A stretch of 64,000 bases of DNA from a virus (Duplodnaviria; Caudoviricetes). Positions 1 to 12,250 of the stretch are shown in pieces (within the stretch, counting starts at the first letter, position 1; each line of letters begins with the position of its first letter). The notes under the pieces were generated by a model. The model saw only the letters and a list, made by a program, of their open reading frames with translations, had not been told where the DNA came from and made no database searches. The stretch lies in the IMG/VR virus record IMGVR_UViG_3300013426_000016, positions 128,001 through 192,000 of that record; one strand, written 5' to 3'. Both the position numbers and the translations under genes were made by a program.

Positions 1-845
1 CAACACGGTGAGTAGAAATATAAGTACGAGCCTTCTCTACGTTAGACTGAGCCTTTACGTAACCAGTCTCGTGAAGCTCCGGCTTAATGTTGGTAATCCA
101 ACGAGTAGTAGCACCTACGAGGCTACCACCAAGCTTGTCAATAGTAGAAGAGTAATCGTTGTCGTTAATCTTAGCAACTACAAGCCAGCAGTTATCACGC
201 AGACGCTGCGGAGTATTAACTACAATAAAGTGCTGACGAGTCTTCTCGATTACGAAAGTATCCTCTTTCTGGTAGTAATTTTCACTAAAATAGAACTTAA
301 TATCACCAGCATTTGCACCATCTCCTTCTGGCTCAGCAATGAGCGGAAGACGCTTTACCTTGTTAACTACAATATCCCACTCAATAAGGAAAGAGTTAAC
401 TGACTGGAAACCCTTCTTAGCCTTCTCCTGTGTGAAGGTGTTCATAAGAGCTTCAGTAAGGTGCGTAGCTGTGTATTGATCGTATAACGTAGATACGATT
501 CCTAAACGTGCGGGATTCTCCGCTTGTTATCCTATAGGCTCTTTATCCTATAGTTCATATATTTTACCATCATATATGTTCAGACTATATCATCACTTAC
601 GTGCCTGGCGCTCGTGTCTAGAAATTCTTATAAAGAACTCTAATTAGTCTTTGAACCTTTAAAACGATCACTCGTTAAACTTGGCTGCTGATTACCCTAT
701 TATATGAGAATTTCATTTGGAGGGTTCCCAGCAGTTCACCAGGTTTTATTTGGGCGAGACTTTCACCCAAAAATTTAGAAAAGTCCTCATAAGTGCGCGT
801 AGCTGGCATATTCGGACGTACGGTTGTAAAACCTGAAATTCTCAT
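1..845 (-). CDS. Major capsid protein (crAss-like), spliced: exon1 845-765, exon2 520-<1 (runs off window)
   Basis: Removing the intron gives MRISGFTTVRPNMPATRTYEDFSKFLG|ENPARLGIVSTLYDQYTATHLTEALMN...PELHETGYVKAQSNVEKARTYISTHRV, open to the window edge. Resembles the crAss-like MCP N-terminus and follows an acidic scaffold-like gene. Confidence 0.8.
521..764 (-). mobile_element. Group I intron (no ORF) in major capsid gene
   Basis: P1 TTGGGT/GCCCAA with U.G at the 5' splice site; core CTGCTGGGAA, CAGCAGCCAAG, GTTCAAAGACTA, GATATAGTCT; terminal G at 521; removal restores the frame. Confidence 0.92.
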
Positions 846-869
846 AATTAAATAAATTTTAAATTAATA

Positions 870-1940
870 TTATATTAAGCCTGATTTATCCCATAAATCA
901 AAGTCGGCAGTAGGCTTAGTTTTATCTGCCGGAGGAACAATAACAGTATCTTTACCAACTTTATCAAGTTTAGCTTGCAATTTCTTATTCGTAGCTCGCT
1001 CGTCGGCAAGCTGCTTCTTCCAGTACTTACTCAAATCAGAAAGCACATCTGCGCCTTTCGTACGCAACCATGCTAACTCTATAAGAGTATCTGGATTCTC
1101 CAAGTCTTTTACAAGCTGTGATTTACCATCTTTGTCTTGGTCAAGTATATATGACAACATTTGTCGTTTATCTTCGTCCTCAATTATTAGAGCGTCACTC
1201 TCAGCGTCTGTATAGTCTAACTGTACAGCATTAAAATTACGAGAAGCCTCTAACAAATTGTTTCTAAGATCTTCAGCCTGTTTTTGTTCTGTTTGCTGCT
1301 GATAAGCCACTGCTGCATCTTCTTGTTCTTTAAAGTACTTTCTAAGAGATTCACTTTCTTTCTTAAAAAGCTCTTCATTAGATTTTGCTGATTCCAACTT
1401 AGACATAAGTTCTTCATCAGTAAAATCTGGATATCTGTTTTTTAAATCTATTAAGTACAGATCATCATCACTGTAGTCATCAATTTCATAAGTACGTTGG
1501 TGTACTTGTTCTGGGTGAGCATTTAAATACTGCTGCAAATAATTATTTGCATAAGCATCTAAAGCTTGCTCCAAACTAAGATTACCATGTTGTCTTAAGA
1601 AATTAATAGCTCTCGTCTCATTTTCTGAGAGCCCAGAATCTGTTACTTGCGTAAGAATATCAATCTTATCCTCTGTACTTAAAGAATTAAAATCAATTTC
1701 TTCTTCGCTTCCATCTTCATTACTAATTACTATCTTACTTGGATCTTTTACTCCTCGCTGTTGCAAGAACACGTAAAGTGGATCTTCGGAAGTAGTCGGT
1801 TCTGTGGAAGTAGTTTCGTCTGCTTCAACTACAGTATCCGGTTGTGTTTCTTCTTCTTGTACAGTTTCCTCTACAGGTTCTTGTACTTCCTCATCAACTG
1901 ATACCGGGTCTAACAGATCATCAAAAAAATCATTTCCCAT
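870..1940 (-). CDS. Acidic putative capsid scaffolding/assembly protein
   Basis: 356 aa, very acidic N-terminus, coiled coil, immediately upstream of the MCP as in crAss-like head modules. Confidence 0.6.
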   Translation of the reverse strand: MGNDFFDDLLDPVSVDEEVQEPVEETVQEEETQPDTVVEADETTSTEPTTSEDPLYVFLQQRGVKDPSKIVISNEDGSEEEIDFNSLSTEDKIDILTQVTDSGLSENETRAINFLRQHGNLSLEQALDAYANNYLQQYLNAHPEQVHQRTYEIDDYSDDDLYLIDLKNRYPDFTDEELMSKLESAKSNEELFKKESESLRKYFKEQEDAAVAYQQQTEQKQAEDLRNNLLEASRNFNAVQLDYTDAESDALIIEDEDKRQMLSYILDQDKDGKSQLVKDLENPDTLIELAWLRTKGADVLSDLSKYWKKQLADERATNKKLQAKLDKVGKDTVIVPPADKTKPTADFDLWDKSGLI

Positions 1941-2003
1941 AAAACTTTTTTCTTATTTGTTCTCTAAATCTATTTATATAGCTAACATTTAGCTATTTTG
2001 CTG

Positions 2004-2011
2004 CAAATATA
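2004..2011 (-). promoter_or_regulatory. Bacteroidota-type -7 promoter element (TAnnTTTG)
   Basis: TATATTTG upstream of the scaffold/MCP genes. Similar elements precede the genes starting at 3005, 18658, 30277, 30425, 40553, 45857 and 59163, pointing to a Bacteroidota host. Confidence 0.55.
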
Positions 2012-2080
2012 TATAAAATAAATTATAAATCCAAATTTATAAAATAAAAAAGGCGAAGAACTAAATCTCCGCCTTATATA

Positions 2081-2554
2081 TTACTCTTCTGGAGCAGTCC
2101 AAAGAACTCCCTCCAGTACACTTTCAATAGCTCCAGAGAAAACGTCTGTTTCTTTATCATTAATCTTAACAGCTCTATTCTCCTTCTTAAGCTTAAACCA
2201 ATCCTCATAAGAGAGAGATTTAACACCAGAAATATCAACATCATCTGTATAAAGAGCCTCTCTAAGAGAGATATACTTCTTAAGCTTCTCTCCCATTTCA
2301 TCAAGCTCCTTCTTTTCCTCTTCTGTAGGATTTTCAATTTTTGCAAGTTCTGTTCTACGAGCATCAAAAGATGCACCATCTTCAATTCCTGCGTTCTTAA
2401 GCAGATCACGTTCATCTTCCTGTAATTTTTCAAATGCCTTCTGTACAAGCTTCTTAAACTTATACAGCTTATAGGCAGACTCTGGGCCAAGCTCATAAGC
2501 AGTAGTCTGCATAAGACCAGAGTTCATAAGTGCTAAAATTTCGTAATTCTTCAT
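2081..2554 (-). CDS. Hypothetical protein (possible tail-fibre assembly chaperone)
   Basis: 157 aa helical ORF at the end of the tail-fibre cluster, followed by a hairpin terminator at ~2047-2075. Confidence 0.6.
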   Translation of the reverse strand: MKNYEILALMNSGLMQTTAYELGPESAYKLYKFKKLVQKAFEKLQEDERDLLKNAGIEDGASFDARRTELAKIENPTEEEKKELDEMGEKLKKYISLREALYTDDVDISGVKSLSYEDWFKLKKENRAVKINDKETDVFSGAIESVLEGVLWTAPEE

Positions 2555-2741
2555 TTAACTTATTTTCCTTAATCCATTCTCTATAAAGTTTCTAATACCA
2601 TATATACTTAAGAGTATATTTGTAATAGCTCAAAAGATATAATCGGCTTCATAAACTTGTAGAAATAAAAAACTAGTAAAGGAAATTACTCCTAACCATA
2701 TACAGGCTAGGAGTAATATTCCTATACTTAAAATCTTCTTT

Positions 2742-3005
2742 TTACTCTCCGGTGACATGCTCTTCGATAGCTCCGAAGATTCCTGCTACCGTAGTTGCAG
2801 CAGTGATTATGTCAGCCGTCTTAAATCCATTAATGCTAAGATTTCCATTCCCATCGAGGGCAGCAGAACCATTGCTAGTACCTGCCTGGATATTCCAAGC
2901 GGTAGCACTGGAAATCTTATTATCTGCATACTCTACGCTTCCATTGTAAGAAGCATCCGGATCATTAAAATTCTCCTTAATTGTTTTGTCAGTAAAAGTA
3001 ATCAT
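2742..3005 (-). CDS. Hypothetical protein
   Basis: 87 aa ORF, ATG start, TAA stop, upstream TAnnTTTG. Confidence 0.6.
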   Translation of the reverse strand: MITFTDKTIKENFNDPDASYNGSVEYADNKISSATAWNIQAGTSNGSAALDGNGNLSINGFKTADIITAATTVAGIFGAIEEHVTGE

Positions 3006-3037
3006 AATTAATTTGTTTTTGCAAAAATAATAAAAAT

Positions 3038-3481
3038 CTAAATACTTTTCAAATCTTTTTTATAATCTTTTCACATTTTATTTTCGAGACTAAAAGCCTC
3101 TATTTCTCAAGGTCTTGATTTATATGGTATACTGTTATCATATTTTTCACCTTTTCAGAAATATTCATTCTCAACTCTTTTTAAATCTCCTCTTTCAAAT
3201 TGCTTTATATGTACACATTCATGCATTAAAATAATTGGCGTTAATGCATTATGGGCACATATAAGCTGATAATTATGAGGAACAGGAAGAGCATATAAGA
3301 AAGCCTTTAAATCATATTCCTCATTAGAGAGTCTCTTTAATAAATTTGGATTCTCAAATATAAATACATTTATATCTTTTAAATCTTGTAAAGCCCATTT
3401 AGTCATATCTTCAAAATCATATTTAGATTTAATTTGGTTTTGGACTTTCAAAGAGTCTAAATAAGTTTTATTTGTTTTCAT
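3038..3481 (-). CDS. Zincin-like metallopeptidase (HExxH), 147 aa with 3 TGA=Trp
   Basis: MHECVHIKQ motif. Reading through TGA gives the family-typical RP[W]EIEA motif and a TAG stop at 3038-3040. Confidence 0.75.
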
Positions 3482-4872
3482 TAATAGAAAATATATCTAC
3501 CGTCTTTTTCTACTCCATTTGGATCTCCGATATTATCCTGTATACAAACTATAGGTTCAGCCCACTGATCATATGAATAACCAAATGCATCTTGTGTAGC
3601 ATTAAAGAAGAAATGAAATGTTTGTGAACTATTTTTTGTTATAGTTTTTTGTGATGTTGCAATAGGAATTCTTTTATATGCAGCATACACACCTTGCCCT
3701 TCAGAGCCTGTAATAGAAATACCAGAAGTGGACTCCGCTCCATTTGTTATCCAAGAACGTTTTACTTCGTCAATAACATCGTCTCTGTTATTATCTGCCA
3801 CATGTTCAGACATCAAATACATAAAAATATTAGACAGAACGGCATCCTTAGTTGTGTTATTTTCAATACGAACATCTACATAAGTTTTACCATTTGCCGT
3901 ATAAATGCCGTTTGGAAAGCTGAAAGCCAAATAATTGGAACCGCGCGGTTTACTTATATTTATTTTAGCAGAAGAATACGAAGCTTCAGAAAAAGGCAAG
4001 GCATATACTCTGTAAGCATGAGAACTTAAATCCGTTTGCGCTACACATCCTCCTTTATATGATGTAGGAATTTCTCCATTAAATGCTTCTGCCAAATCAA
4101 TTAAACATAAATATGCTTGCGTAGAAATAGACCCACCTACAGCTAAATTCCTAAAAGGAGTAAATAACCCATCTGGATTAATTATAGACAGTGAAACCGA
4201 AGCACCTTCGTCAGCTCAGTCCACTAAATTATCTATAGTATCTGTAGAAAAAATATAATAATATTCAGTTCCAACTTTAAACATAAAGCATAAATAACAA
4301 TTTCGTAAACAAGTTTGATTAGCTGTTACATTCTGTGTTGTACCAAAATTAGGAAGCTCATCAAAATGAAGCTGTCCAGGACAACCAGATTTAGTTCTAT
4401 CTGTGAATCATACAGTTACACTGCTCGCTACGTTTGTTTGATGATTTGCTGAAAGATCTGATTCTTTACAAGGTCCTTCGCAAGAATGATCATATCCAAC
4501 CGTAGTGCTATACCCATTAGGATTAGCAAAATCATCTAATCTAGCATAATCTGTACCAGCTACTACGTGAGGATAAGTTCATAAACCACTTTCTCCACAT
4601 ACAGACATAATTTTTTCCGGTAAATCTGCTTTACTATTTGATCTCGCTGATTTTGCTTGTAATCCATAATTAGCAGCTTTTCTTTGTGCTTCTGTTAATG
4701 AAGATGGTGTATCTGTTAATCCTAAAGTAGAAAGTGCTATAGGCTTATATTTAGCCCATTTATTTATAATACTTGCTTTACATATAGAAAAAGTATCAGT
4801 AGCTGTACCAAAATAGTTGGCCAGCGTATTTACTCCTAAAGGAGCTTTAATTTCTCCATTTGAAATTCCCAT
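3481..4872 (-). CDS. Tail-fibre-associated protein, 463 aa with 3 TGA=Trp
   Basis: ORFs 4579-4872 and 3481-4095 share a frame and are separated only by TGA. INKWAKYKP and RLDDF..GY motifs; paralog of the 4916-6182 gene. Confidence 0.75.
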
Positions 4873-4915
4873 AAATTAAAAATTTTACTTTTCCTATATA
4901 TAAAGCAAGCAATAA

Positions 4916-6182
4916 TTATCCAATAATAAGCGAACTATATGTACCAGACCAAGTGTCTCCTGTACCTGTCACCCAAGTCTTCTTTCCATCACCAGAAGCC
5001 TTTATGGTACCCTTGAAGCTATATAATACTCCTACTTCCGGAGTTCCCAAACCTAGTTCCTCACAACTTATACTGTATATAGGAGCGATGTTTGAATTAG
5101 CATTAACAGTAATTTCTTTTGTAACGGTTATCCCAAAATTTCCTTGTGAAGTATTTGTGATAGTAACAGAAAGTATAACAGACATGTCTTTCTTTTTGGC
5201 AAAAGAATAACTCCATCGTAATCCACTTTCACTCAGCCCAGCAATACTCAATGTAGGCTTAGGAGCAGATTGTGGAACAGTAAGCTTATATTGTAAACCT
5301 ACGCATTTATGTATAGGAAAAAATATTTCGTTTGAATATGGAGTAGATGGTAGCTCATATCATTTTCCATCTGTATGGGTTGCTGAGATAGCTACCATTA
5401 CTCCTATTGTAATCTTATAATTTCCGTCTTCGGTAAACACAGAAGGGTATTCTTCTAGCAGTTCGGCTAGATCCAGTTCAAATCCTTTATACCAATATGT
5501 GCCATCACAAAGACTTCTTATTGTATAGTTACTAACTTCTGTCCCCCCCCCCTATCTCACCCACACCACTGTCATCTTTACCCAGTTGGGTAGAAATGGA
5601 ATTTGTTGAAGCAGTAGAAAGTTTTCTTTCTGGCATCACACACCAATAGTTTCCTACTATACAAATAGGATATACTTTTTTAAATATATCTTTAACAGAA
5701 GTAGAAGCATCTAAGTTCTGTATCTGTCTAAATACTTCTATATAATCAATCCCATACTGGTTGGCTGTAGGAATGTCAAAAGTTACAAAGTCCCCGTAAC
5801 TCATACCCATGTTTAATGTTGTACCATAATTTTCATTTACAGTTACAGTGAGATTAGGAGCTGCTCCTTGGCTATATCCAATAAACTCTTCTAAGCGTTT
5901 ATAGCTACTATCAGTAGGTTTTTTATAATCAAATCCAAAACTATGTATAGATTTTGGTGCTGTACATTTTAATTTAACTGCCCATCAATATCCATCTGAT
6001 GTATCTGTTGTAGTCGAAGGCCTTGAAGGACTATCTGGATTAAATCCCGTAGGCTTTCATTTAGACCATTTGTTTATCGATCCTGCTTTACAAATAGAAG
6101 CGACATCTTTTGCAGTACCAAAATACTCTGCAAGAGTAGCGACTCCTAAAGGGGCAGTAATAAAACCTTGATTAACCGGCAT
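4916..6182 (-). CDS. Paralogous tail-fibre-associated protein, frameshifted at a G10 tract (5543-5552)
   Basis: Starts MPVNQGFITAPLGVATLAEYFG, similar to the 4872 gene. With 9 G the frame runs into ORF 4916-5251 (421 aa, 3 TGA); with 10 G it stops at TAG 5532. Confidence 0.7.
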
Positions 6183-9100
6183 ATTCTTTTAATTTTTTAA
6201 TTTCATTTTCCAGCTCTGCTACCCTTCTTTTAAGAGCTTCTACTTTACTATCTTCTTCTTGTATTGCTGCTCCCAGAAGGGCTGTAGATGCAGCATAATC
6301 ATATGTTAAATGTCCTACACTATCGTGGGACTTGACTAAATATCCATAATCTCTATTCTCCTCTTCTTGTGCTATAATACCCATTGACAGTTGCATAGTA
6401 TCTTTCCATTTAAACTGTGTATAATGAGTTTTAAGCACATAATCCAGAGCATTCTTTATAGGACTAAAATCTGTCTTGAGATTTATATCTGAACTCGTAT
6501 CCTGTCCTCTTGCTGATACGTAACCACTTGAGTAAATACCAGTAGAAGAGTAGATAGTTCCTGTTGCTGAGATTGTACTTGAAGCAGATACTGCTCCTAC
6601 AAGAGTAGATGTACTTGCTATATATAGGGTTCCCACAGATACTATGTTTCCCATTTTGTGATTTGCCCAGGAAGTACTAGAGCCTGCTTGCCAGTAATAC
6701 TGTGCAATAGCTTTTCCTACTGTTGGTGCGCGATAGCCAAAGTACAGATTACCATTACTACTCCCTAACTCGAATTCATCTCCATTATTCATTGAGATAT
6801 CTACATACGCACCTTGATGTGTAAAGTAAACAGCTTGACCTTCTATATAAAATCCAACATTAGAACGGCTCCAACCAGAAACATAGCTGTCTCCTGCAAC
6901 GTTTAGTGCGTAGCTGGTAGATGGATAGCCAACATATACATTAGTTGCCTCTAAAGCCAATTTTCCAGAACCATATTCTATAATTCTTGATGTAAAATCC
7001 TCAGTACTCCCATTATAATGAAAATCTATATAGCCTCCGTGTCCTGTGTTACTACCCACGTTACTAAATTCTAAACCCTGCGTAGCAACCAGACCTGCTA
7101 CATTTAAACTTCCATATGTAGTAATTGAATCATTGAACCACCATTGATTCGTATGTCCCATGTATGCTGAGGCATTTGAATCACTACCATTCTTGGCAAT
7201 CCAGAAATTACCGTTGTTATTATGGATGCTCCATGTGTTGGTTGTGGTTCCGGACGATGATTTTAAATCATTTCCTCCCAGAACTATGGTGCTCCAACTG
7301 TTGTAAGGGTATATTCTTATACCTTCACGCCAGGAGGTCTTGTCTGCCTGTATCTCAAGCATACCTGTGATTTTTCCACCACTTAATGGTAATGCATAGT
7401 TAAAATAGTTGTTTTCACTCAATAACAGTTTCCAATCCGGAGATTGCGATGTGGTTCCACTCCGCACGAAAAGATTTCCATTAGTTGAATAAGGGAAATA
7501 TAATTGACCAAATGTATCCAATCCTCCATAAACGGACAAAAGTTGTCCATAGGCATATGCCCACGGCTGTCCACTCTGATTAAACATTCGCACCATCGCA
7601 GCCTTTGTTCTGTATACATCGGGGGAATTTGTACTGGAATCTACACAAACCACACTGTCTCCAATCCCATAACCAGACAATGTTGTAGGTCTGTTGACTA
7701 TCCTTGACCAGCTTATGTTGTCTGTAGTCAGTTGATTAGTTCTAACTATTTCGTCAGGTACTGTGGTCGTAGGTGCTATGGTCTCTTGACTGAAGGTTGA
7801 ACTCTCGGTGATTAACACGGGAACAGAACTATTACTAGTCCAAAACTCGTATTCCCCACCACCTCTCACATATACATATTCATTTGCAGAGTTAGTAAGT
7901 TGTCCGATTCCCCTAACTGGGTCAGTGCCACACCATGAATACGTGGACACATACACAGTTCTTGAAACGTTAGGTACAACCCCCCAATTAGATCCATATA
8001 CATCCCATACTTTCTTACATGTAAATCCAGATTCATGTGTAGCCCATGAGGGTTTGTTCTGTGAAAGGGAATTCGTTATCTCGATACGGGTTATCTTCCC
8101 GTATGCAGACACCTTTATAAGCACAGGATACCAAGTATTTTCATCTAATGCTGATGCATCAATTACAGTATACTTGTATCCTACATAATTAGCGTCATTA
8201 TTCAGTTGAGATACATTGGTGAGATTGTTGTTGTCCCATATTTTTCTCCATCCATAATTAGGGTTTCCATTGGTATTTCCCCCACGATAAAGAAAATTTC
8301 CGGCAGCCTCATATGGAATTATCAATTGTCCCCATGTATCGTTATTGGTAATATTCAACATCTCTCCATATACAGAACCATCTGGACGATCAGAACAATT
8401 ATCTGAAATATAATATGAAGTATTGGTAGTGAATTTTGTAAGTTTATTAGTACTTCCGCCCGCATTGAACAAAGTAGGCTTACTATTTACATTTGTCCAA
8501 TCCACTTTAATACTATAAGTCCCACCATCTTCTTGGACTATTCTGTACCAACTTCCCGGATTGCTGTTAACTACACTTCTATGCCAGAGAGAGTTGTTGT
8601 TTGGTGTCATAAAGAAGTCATGATAATAAGTACCTTTAGCCCATGTGAACCGCAAGTCCATTATATTTGCAGTGCCATTAGTCTCTGAAGTGCCAGCGGA
8701 AGTTGGATAGGACCAAACGTTATAATCTGCAATACTTCCAGAATAACTATTGTTTTTTGACGTGCCCTTTGTAATTTGGCCACATTTATATGACACTCCA
8801 TATAATGTACAATTATCCACATCTGGAGTTGATTGTAAATTATATGTCCTAGTAGAATGGTAAACAGAAAAATTCTTAGGATCATACACATACATGTTAG
8901 TCCCATCTTCTCCACCCCATAGCCATGTAGGTTGTCCATCATGTCCATACCAGTTGAAGGTCATTGGCTTAGAAACGTCTCCATTTCTGGCTAAAGTGGT
9001 TGCAGTAATTCCACCATTCCAATACCAGTTATATTCCCATATTGTAAATGTATATGTGTGTAGGTATGTTTGATATGTTCCTGTCAAATATCTAGGATAC

Positions 9101-12100
9101 CCTTCACTATTGTTTTCATGGGAATATTTGTGTATTATGCACCATCCTTGTGAATTAGGTTGACACCTGCCTATGAGTATCGCTTCTTTATTCTTATATG
9201 TTGCACCTATCCATTTACATAGTCCTTTAAAATATGAGTTATCATCGTTTATTTTATCTGAAGTATTGTATCCAAGACTTACCAGGTTGCCTGCATCTGG
9301 GAAATTACAATAATAAGGTATATGTCCATTTGTTAGTCCTACAGTATATTCAGTAGTTCCATCACCAAGAAAATTAGCGGTTCCTCCATTAGCAGGTAAA
9401 GTACTTGGAATATCAGTAGTCAATGCGATTGTCCCGGATGCTGCTGGGAATTTGAGTTCATATGTAATATTATTACTACCCGCATTATAATTCGCATCTG
9501 TAATATACACAAGACGCACCTGCTGATCGGATGTTAGCGTGCCCAAACTCCAGTCTCCAGCAGTTGTTTTCATAGACAAAATAGGATTCCAGGATCCTGT
9601 ACCATAGCTGTTCTTATACAAGGATGCATAATCTCTTGCTTGTACCCACATTCCTCCGGTTTTATTACTAACTATTCTACCGCTAGCATATATTTCAGAA
9701 TTAACGTCTAAAGTACCACTTAAAGTACCTCCAGATAAAGGTAGGTAACTACTTAAATCAGATTTAAGTGCTAAAGGAGCATTCTGTTTAGTACTAGTTA
9801 AAGCCGAAATAGCAGTAAAAGTAATGTTTCCAGAAGAAATTACTTCTACATTATCTGTACCAGTGGAATTTGCACCAACTAAAATTTCTATGCACCGAGC
9901 TAAGCTATCGGTTTCTGGTAAACACCACGTGTAATAACCGCTTGGTGTGACTAATTCAGTAAAACGGTTTCTTACAGTACCGTGTTCCCCATATCCAGTC
10001 CCAATAAGTACCATTTGCCTTCCACCATTATGTCCACATATACTTATATATACACTCGCCTCATCCTCATATGTAATCCGAACTCCTCTGTTTCCAGATG
10101 CAGGTATAGTATACAGAAACCTTTTAGTAGCACTTGATATATTTATTTTATTTGTATTTAAACTATTTAATTGGTCAGTTAACCCAGAGATATTTCCTAT
10201 AGGAATGTTCTTTAAATGATCTGAGTGTATTACTTTTGTACCATAAGTAGTATCAGTATTTGTAGTTAAAGTATTCCACATAGCAGAAATAGTACCTTCA
10301 CTAGTTCCTCCTCCACCAGAACCTGCTGAAGAATCACTTCCTCTTGCAGAAATAAATTTATCAGAATAAAATCCTACATTAGTATGAAGAGCACCATCTT
10401 TTAACTCTATGTAAGAAGTCCCATCACTAAAATATAATTTATTACCAAGAGTTAAATCCTTTGCTTTTCAGTCTATAGAAGTTGAATTAGAATTTCCTGT
10501 ATCATAAATCTTATAAGTATTAGTTCCTACGGTTATTATGGCATGTGTAGGGCTTCTAAAGAGTAAGGCAGCTGTTGTTCCTGTATCTAAACTTCCAACA
10601 ACAGTACGCTTATTAATAGTATCGAAAAAAATTAACCCTGTACTATAACCAGAATTACCATTTAAAAGAGCAGAACCATTACTCATTACGATATCACCTT
10701 GCATAGTACCTCCTGTGAGAGGTAAAGCATAATTACTGTAGTTTGCAGAATCTAAGACAGTATGCCAACCTTTCTGTATACCTCATTGTAAAGCTCGTAT
10801 ATAAAGATGAGTATCAGTATCGTTAAAAGTTTGAGCTATCTCTGTATAATAACCTTGAGAATTATTGTGTAAAATTTTAATACGATTGGTTCATGAACCA
10901 GAAGGTTGACCTCCAGAAGTATCTTGTAACACGCCTCCGTAAGCTCCATATGTAGCCTCTTTTAACCCTGTTGGGTTAAGCGTCCATGAATCTGCCGAAA
11001 GTGCGATATTTGCTTTATTTACCCAACCCGCTTCTACAAAATCTATATTAGATTTTGTACCAGTTGGAGTTGTGTTTGTAGTTATAGAAAGATCTTTATT
11101 AGTCCAATATCCTCCAGGTAAATAACAGGTACGTACAGTAAAAGCTAAGAATGGGTCATAATTATTAAAATCGTTACATTTAACCCAAAAATTCCAAGTT
11201 AAATTATCATCTGAAGTAACTCTAAATGTATGAAGTTTTGTACTGCCGAAATTAATTACGTGTGCAGAATAACTAGTTAAAACATTAGAAGCATCTTTGC
11301 GTAGTGTTAAAAACAACTGCCCTCTTTCTTGTATACTTTGACCTATTTCAAAACCGTTAACATCAACAACTATATAATTAGAAAAACTTGCTCCAGAAGG
11401 TAAAATTACAGTTAAAAAATTTTTTCAGTACCATGTTTGATATTGACTGATTCTTACATCTGAAGCAGTGCTATCTGCTTTAAATCGTGCCCAAGTATAA
11501 TACTTATTACTTCCTTCACCTACTTGATCTGTAGTTAAACCATTTACACTTATTTTATTATTAGAAATAGAAATGTTATCTCCAGCTGTATAAGTAGTAT
11601 TTACCCAAGGAACATTCACATAAGCAGCCCCATCTCCATTTAATTGTACAGGGTAATTCTGTCCAGAAGGAGTATATCCTATTTTAATTCCTCCTAAAGC
11701 ACTAACAGTAGCCTTAGGGAGTGTATATATAGTATCTGTAAGCTCTATAGTAGCATTTTCAGATTGGTTAAGTGTGAAAGAACCTCTTTTCTGTCCTGTC
11801 TGTGTAATAGTAATTGTACCATTTCCTACAGTAGGAATAGTAAATGTAGACCTTATATATTCTGCAAGTTTTGAAACTGGACGTCTTACATATGTCGTAT
11901 TCTGCGTCCCCCCATCTGCCCATTGCGCAATATAATAATCTGTACCAACAGGCACACTTTCTCCTGTATCTAATTTATTAATCGCAGCAGATAAATCTGT
12001 TATGCCAAGCCCTTGTCCAGTATTCCCCAGTCCCCCTTGTCCATCCACATCTACAGCTAAAGTAAAAATATCTTCTTTGCTCGTTACCGATAAATACTTA

Positions 12101-12249
12101 TCACTAACGGCCAATAACAGCTGATTTTCCTCATTTATCTTCCAATATATCTTATTACCATCTATAGAGAGACCCGTCACAAAGGATGGGCAATTCTCTA
12201 TAGCATTTCCATGCATATTTATACCATTTAAAAAATCTGTTTTTGCCAT
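6172..12249 (-). CDS. Long tail fibre/receptor-binding protein, 2025 aa, with C-terminal intramolecular chaperone (peptidase S74-like)
   Basis: Four ORF-track pieces share a frame and are joined by 4 TGA. YLPLSGG repeats; C-terminal SDINLK...GIIAQE...LTYDY plus coiled coil. Confidence 0.85.
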
Positions 12250-12250
12250 A

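Noticed and set aside
8-403. + strand 131-aa ORF
   Set aside because: Antisense shadow of the spliced major capsid exon 2.
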